Positions 60,773 to 64,000 of a DNA stretch of 64,000 nucleotides are shown one piece after another. Position numbers and translations under genes: made by a program. The notes under the pieces are model-generated. The model saw only the letters and a list, made by a program, of their open reading frames with translations, did not search any database and had not been told where the DNA came from. Position 1 is the first letter of the stretch, and each line of letters opens with the position of its first letter. Source of the stretch: Pseudonocardiales bacterium (lineage in GTDB: Bacteria; Actinomycetota; Actinomycetes; Mycobacteriales; Pseudonocardiaceae); assembly GCA_019241525.1 (NCBI GenBank), contig JAFAWY010000118.1, positions 47 to 64,046 of the forward strand. Reading direction: 5' to 3'.

Positions 60773-61816
60773 TCAGCCGTTGCGGCTGGACGGCGGGCGC
60801 CGGTTGAGTTCGGCCAGCATCCGGTTGTACGCCGCCCGCGCCTGTTCGTCGTCGTCGACGTCCCTGCTGGCGCCGACAGTTTCGTGATCTGTACCGGATC
60901 CGATCGTGGCCAGTGACTGGCGGCGCGCCGATTCCAGCCAGTCGCCGAGCCGGGCCCGGGAGCCGGCGGCGCTCCACTGGGCGACGACGATGAGCATGAG
61001 GATCATCATCAGCCCGTCGCCGCCCACCCACATGATCCCGCCGGCCCAGTTCTGATCCTCCAGGAGGGTTGGTCCCCAGCCCGGACGCATCATCGCGGTG
61101 CTCGGCGCCAGCGGGTGTCCGGTCAGCATCAGCGCCACGCCTACCAGTGTGTCCGCTCCCATGGCCAGGGCGAGCAGGCCGAACCGGACGATATGTGGGA
61201 CAGGCCATGGGCTGGCCTCCCCGCCGACCAATGGCCAGAACAGCAGGTAACCGCTGACCAGGTACAGGACCTGCTCGAGCTGGTGCGCCCCGTGCTGGGT
61301 GGCCATCGCCTCGGGGAAATTCGTCAGGTGCGTGATCACCAGGACTGCCGTGTAGAAGCCGATCGTGAACAGGGGAAAGGTCAGCCATCGCACCAGCCGG
61401 CTACCCGGCGCTGCATCCCAGATCAAGCGAACCGGCTGGCCCCATATCAGTAACACCGGCACTACCATGATCAGCAGGAGATGTTGGATCATGTGGATCC
61501 ACAGCAGGGTATGCCCGTATATCTCGATGCTGCTGTGCATGGACACCAAGAGCACGGCCACGCCGATCAGCCATGATGCTGTCGCGTACAGCGGCCAGGG
61601 GAGCTTGTCCGCCCGTGCCCGGCGCGCCACCGCGGTGAGGTAGCCGACCACGGCGATCGCCGCCAGCACGTCGACGATCGGGGCCGACGTCCACATCGTC
61701 AGCGCGGTGTGCCAGGTCAGCGGTGGGATGTCCAGTGCTCCCCCCTCCAGCGATGCCCCTGCTACCGCGAGCCTAACGCGCCGCTCTGCCATCAATCCGG
61801 CATGGAGACATATCAC
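60773..61816 (-). CDS. cytochrome c oxidase assembly protein (Caa3_CtaG family) membrane protein
   Basis: ..PPLTWHTALTMWTSAP.. and ..WIHMIQHLLLIMVVPVLLIWGQP... The start is uncertain. Confidence 0.8.
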   Translation of the reverse strand: MICLHAGLMAERRVRLAVAGASLEGGALDIPPLTWHTALTMWTSAPIVDVLAAIAVVGYLTAVARRARADKLPWPLYATASWLIGVAVLLVSMHSSIEIYGHTLLWIHMIQHLLLIMVVPVLLIWGQPVRLIWDAAPGSRLVRWLTFPLFTIGFYTAVLVITHLTNFPEAMATQHGAHQLEQVLYLVSGYLLFWPLVGGEASPWPVPHIVRFGLLALAMGADTLVGVALMLTGHPLAPSTAMMRPGWGPTLLEDQNWAGGIMWVGGDGLMMILMLIVVAQWSAAGSRARLGDWLESARRQSLATIGSGTDHETVGASRDVDDDEQARAAYNRMLAELNRRPPSSRNG

Positions 61817-61865
61817 CGTGATGTCTCATGGCGTTTAGGGGATTCAGCGGTAACGACAGGCCAGA

Positions 61866-62624
61866 TCAGGCGGTACGCCGGTACTGAGCAGTGGGCCGCA
61901 GGTCAGGGGGTGAGGACGGGATGTCGGGGGCGCCGTCAGCGGCAGATTGAGCGCGACGCGAGCGACGCTGGCGCCAGCTGGGCATCCCAGGCACCGTGCC
62001 CCCGGCAGGTCCAGGTAGCCGGTCCAGCACCATCACCAAGCCAAGACCGAGCACCACGAGCCCGTGCCCGAGCAATCTCGGCACATCCACGCCGCCGACC
62101 ATCGCGTCCATCACCACCAGGACGGTGAGCACCGTGACGAACGTCGCCAGGGTGGGGACCATCCCAGAGGGCCGCGATGACCGATAGGCGATCCAGAGAA
62201 AGCCCACCCCGAGCGCCAGATTCCACGCGGCGCTCTCGTGCGCGAAGTGGGCTAGCGAGGCACCCTGCAGCATAACGCCACCATGGCCACTGTTGTGCGC
62301 ACCGATCATGTCCACCAGGGCCAGCTCGGCTTGCGCCAGACCAACCAGACCGAGCAACACCCGCGCTGCGGCGATCAACTGCGGGCGGCGGGATCGGGGT
62401 GCAGCCGCGAGGACCGCGGCCACGACGTCAGGCTCGTGGCTGGCCACCGTGGTGCGGGCGAGCCGGGTGACGCGAGCCGCGGCGTCGGCGAAGGCTTGGC
62501 AGGCAGGGCACGCAACCAGGTGCACGTCGACCACGTCACGTTCGGCCTCGCTGTCCTCGCCGTCGAGCCGCGCAGAGAGAGCCTCCCTACACTGTGTGCA
62601 GTTCACGTGACAATGGTCGTGCAC
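61866..62624 (-). CDS. zf-HC2 anti-sigma factor, membrane-spanning
   Basis: H-x3-C-x2-C pattern: HVNCTQCREALSARLDGE...HLVACPACQAF, followed by several TM segments. GTG 62624 or GTG 62606. Confidence 0.8.
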   Translation of the reverse strand: MHDHCHVNCTQCREALSARLDGEDSEAERDVVDVHLVACPACQAFADAAARVTRLARTTVASHEPDVVAAVLAAAPRSRRPQLIAAARVLLGLVGLAQAELALVDMIGAHNSGHGGVMLQGASLAHFAHESAAWNLALGVGFLWIAYRSSRPSGMVPTLATFVTVLTVLVVMDAMVGGVDVPRLLGHGLVVLGLGLVMVLDRLPGPAGGTVPGMPSWRQRRSRRAQSAADGAPDIPSSPPDLRPTAQYRRTA

Positions 62625-62667
62625 CGCAAAGCTGGGGTTCCCAGAAACTATTAGTTACCCTTCCCGC

Positions 62668-63249
62668 ATGGGTGACCCCCGAAATGATGATGCACCCACC
62701 ACCAAGCTCGCATTAGCGGCCGGTGCTGGTGACCGCGAGGCGCTGGCCACGTTTATCCGGTTTACCCAACGTGATGTGTACCGTTTCTTGAGCCATCTGT
62801 GTGCGCGTGACGAGGCAGAAGACCTCACTCAGGAGACCTATCTGCGCGCGCTGCGCGCGCTACCGAGCTTCGCCGGCCGTTCCTCGGCGCGCACCTGGCT
62901 GTTGGCTATCGCCCGGCGGGTTGCCGCTGATCAGATCCGCCGTAACTCGGCACGGCCACGCACCACTACCGTTGAGGACTGGGACGCCGTCGTGGCCGCC
63001 AGCCCGGCGCAGCGACGGTCCGGCTTCGATGAAGGCATCCTGCTCCGGGAATTGGTTGCGGCGTTAGAAGACGACCGCCGTGACGCTTTTGTGCTTACTC
63101 AGATCCTGGGCCTTGATTACACCGCTGCCGCCGAGGTGTGCGGTTGCCCGGTCGGCACCATCAGATCCCGGGTGGCCCGAGCGCGGGAAGATCTGGTACG
63201 CGCGATGAACGCGCCCGGAGCGCGCGGCCGTCGCACTGCCGGCCCCTAA
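62668..63249 (+). CDS. ECF (sigma-70 family, group 4) RNA polymerase sigma factor
   Basis: Region 2 ..AEDLTQETYLRALRALPSF..ARTWLLAIARRVAADQIRR.. and region 4 ..LDYTAAAEVCGCPVGTIRSRVARARE... Confidence 0.9.
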   Translation: MGDPRNDDAPTTKLALAAGAGDREALATFIRFTQRDVYRFLSHLCARDEAEDLTQETYLRALRALPSFAGRSSARTWLLAIARRVAADQIRRNSARPRTTTVEDWDAVVAASPAQRRSGFDEGILLRELVAALEDDRRDAFVLTQILGLDYTAAAEVCGCPVGTIRSRVARAREDLVRAMNAPGARGRRTAGP

Positions 63250-63511
63250 CAAACGGTCGATGGTAACCCATACCAAATAGGTATCCGAAACACTGCAGCC
63301 ACAAATGAAATACATTTTCACATGCCCCCGAGGAACAGAAACCCGTTGTTTACGAGAAATTCCAATTGACAGCTCCTTGTTCACCCCTGCGCAGATTGTT
63401 GGCGTTTCCGGTAACGCGCTCCGCGCCTAGTGCGACATTCATGGCATCCTATTCGGCGCGACGCGCCGGGTTGCAGTTCCCTCGAAGGAAGCTGCCTGCG
63501 GGGAGGATGTC

Positions 63512-64000
63512 ATGTGGAAAGCCCGGGTGTTACCGGCGTTGGCCGCTGCCGTATTGGCCACGGTAGGACTGGTGGCGACCGGCGGTTCAGCTTCCGCTGC
63601 ACCACTTGGCAGTACCGTAGCGGTACACGGTAGCGCCCAAGGCCTGACTATCACGCACGGGCAGGTACGCGGTGGAATTGTCACATTCCTGGTTGATACC
63701 ACGAATGAGCAGGGCAGCGATATTGCAATGTTCAGCCCCGCACCGGGTAAATCCGTCGATAACGTCCTCGCAGATCTCCGTGACGTATTCTCTGAGGACC
63801 CACACACAGCCGCGCAGGGCACGCGTGAGCTCGTCGACGACGCCCGGATATTCGGGCTCGCCGGAGTGGGTAAGGGCACTCCGGTCATGGTCACCGAACA
63901 GCTCGCGGCCGGCAACTACTACCTGTTCGACCTCAACCCGGTCTTCGCCGGTGCGGCGCCAACGTTGACGACATTGCAGGTCAGTGGACCGGGCGGAACC
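63512..64000 (+). CDS. secreted protein of unknown function, 3' end outside the window
   Basis: GGGAGGA SD, then MWKARVLPALAAAVLATVGLVATGGSASAAPLG signal peptide. The frame is open to the window edge, so it is absent from the track. Confidence 0.6.
   Translation, partial: MWKARVLPALAAAVLATVGLVATGGSASAAPLGSTVAVHGSAQGLTITHGQVRGGIVTFLVDTTNEQGSDIAMFSPAPGKSVDNVLADLRDVFSEDPHTAAQGTRELVDDARIFGLAGVGKGTPVMVTEQLAAGNYYLFDLNPVFAGAAPTLTTLQVSGPGGT

Noticed and set aside
63064-63384. 106-aa minus-strand ORF partly in the AT-rich spacer after the sigma factor gene
   Set aside because: More than half of it is antisense to the sigma factor. The remainder has poor codon bias and no start context. This is more likely promoter or leader DNA for the downstream secreted-protein gene.

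Overview
High-GC actinobacterial chromosome segment. Gene content and local order match Corynebacteriales/Mycobacteriaceae: two blocks are syntenic with M. tuberculosis Rv3455c-Rv3462c and Rv0414c-Rv0440, but here they lie within 10 kb of each other. Core content: truA-rplQ-rpoA-rpsD-rpsK-rpsM-rpmJ-infA on the minus strand; a molybdenum-cofactor accessory trio (XdhC / MocA-like / MOSC); groEL with two CIRCE operators; moeA-psd-pssA; a CDC48-like AAA ATPase; def; thiC-thiD and thiO-thiS-thiG, each behind a TPP riboswitch; thiE; glpX; a divergent ECF sigma / anti-sigma pair. Accessory content: (i) an 8-gene, tightly coupled Nit1C-type cluster (22.2-30.2 kb) that contains a catalytically dead nitrilase paralog and is bracketed by arrays of a 22-bp repeat; (ii) a six-gene coupled operon (37.2-40.2 kb) encoding MauE-like, thioredoxin-like and Tat-exported 8-Cys proteins in mauE-mauD-mauA order but with no dehydrogenase partners, which is my best candidate for an undescribed system; (iii) a 1572-bp IS66-family element with 6-bp target duplication and a frameshifted transposase. 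There are also two dispersed short-repeat families (22-bp post-stop-codon arrays; about 65-bp nested palindromes), two local tandem repeats, and at least three frameshifted genes. All coordinates and translations were worked out by hand from the sequence and the ORF track. No searches were run, so family names rest on motifs I recognise. Many long ORFs in the track are antisense artefacts of the high GC content.
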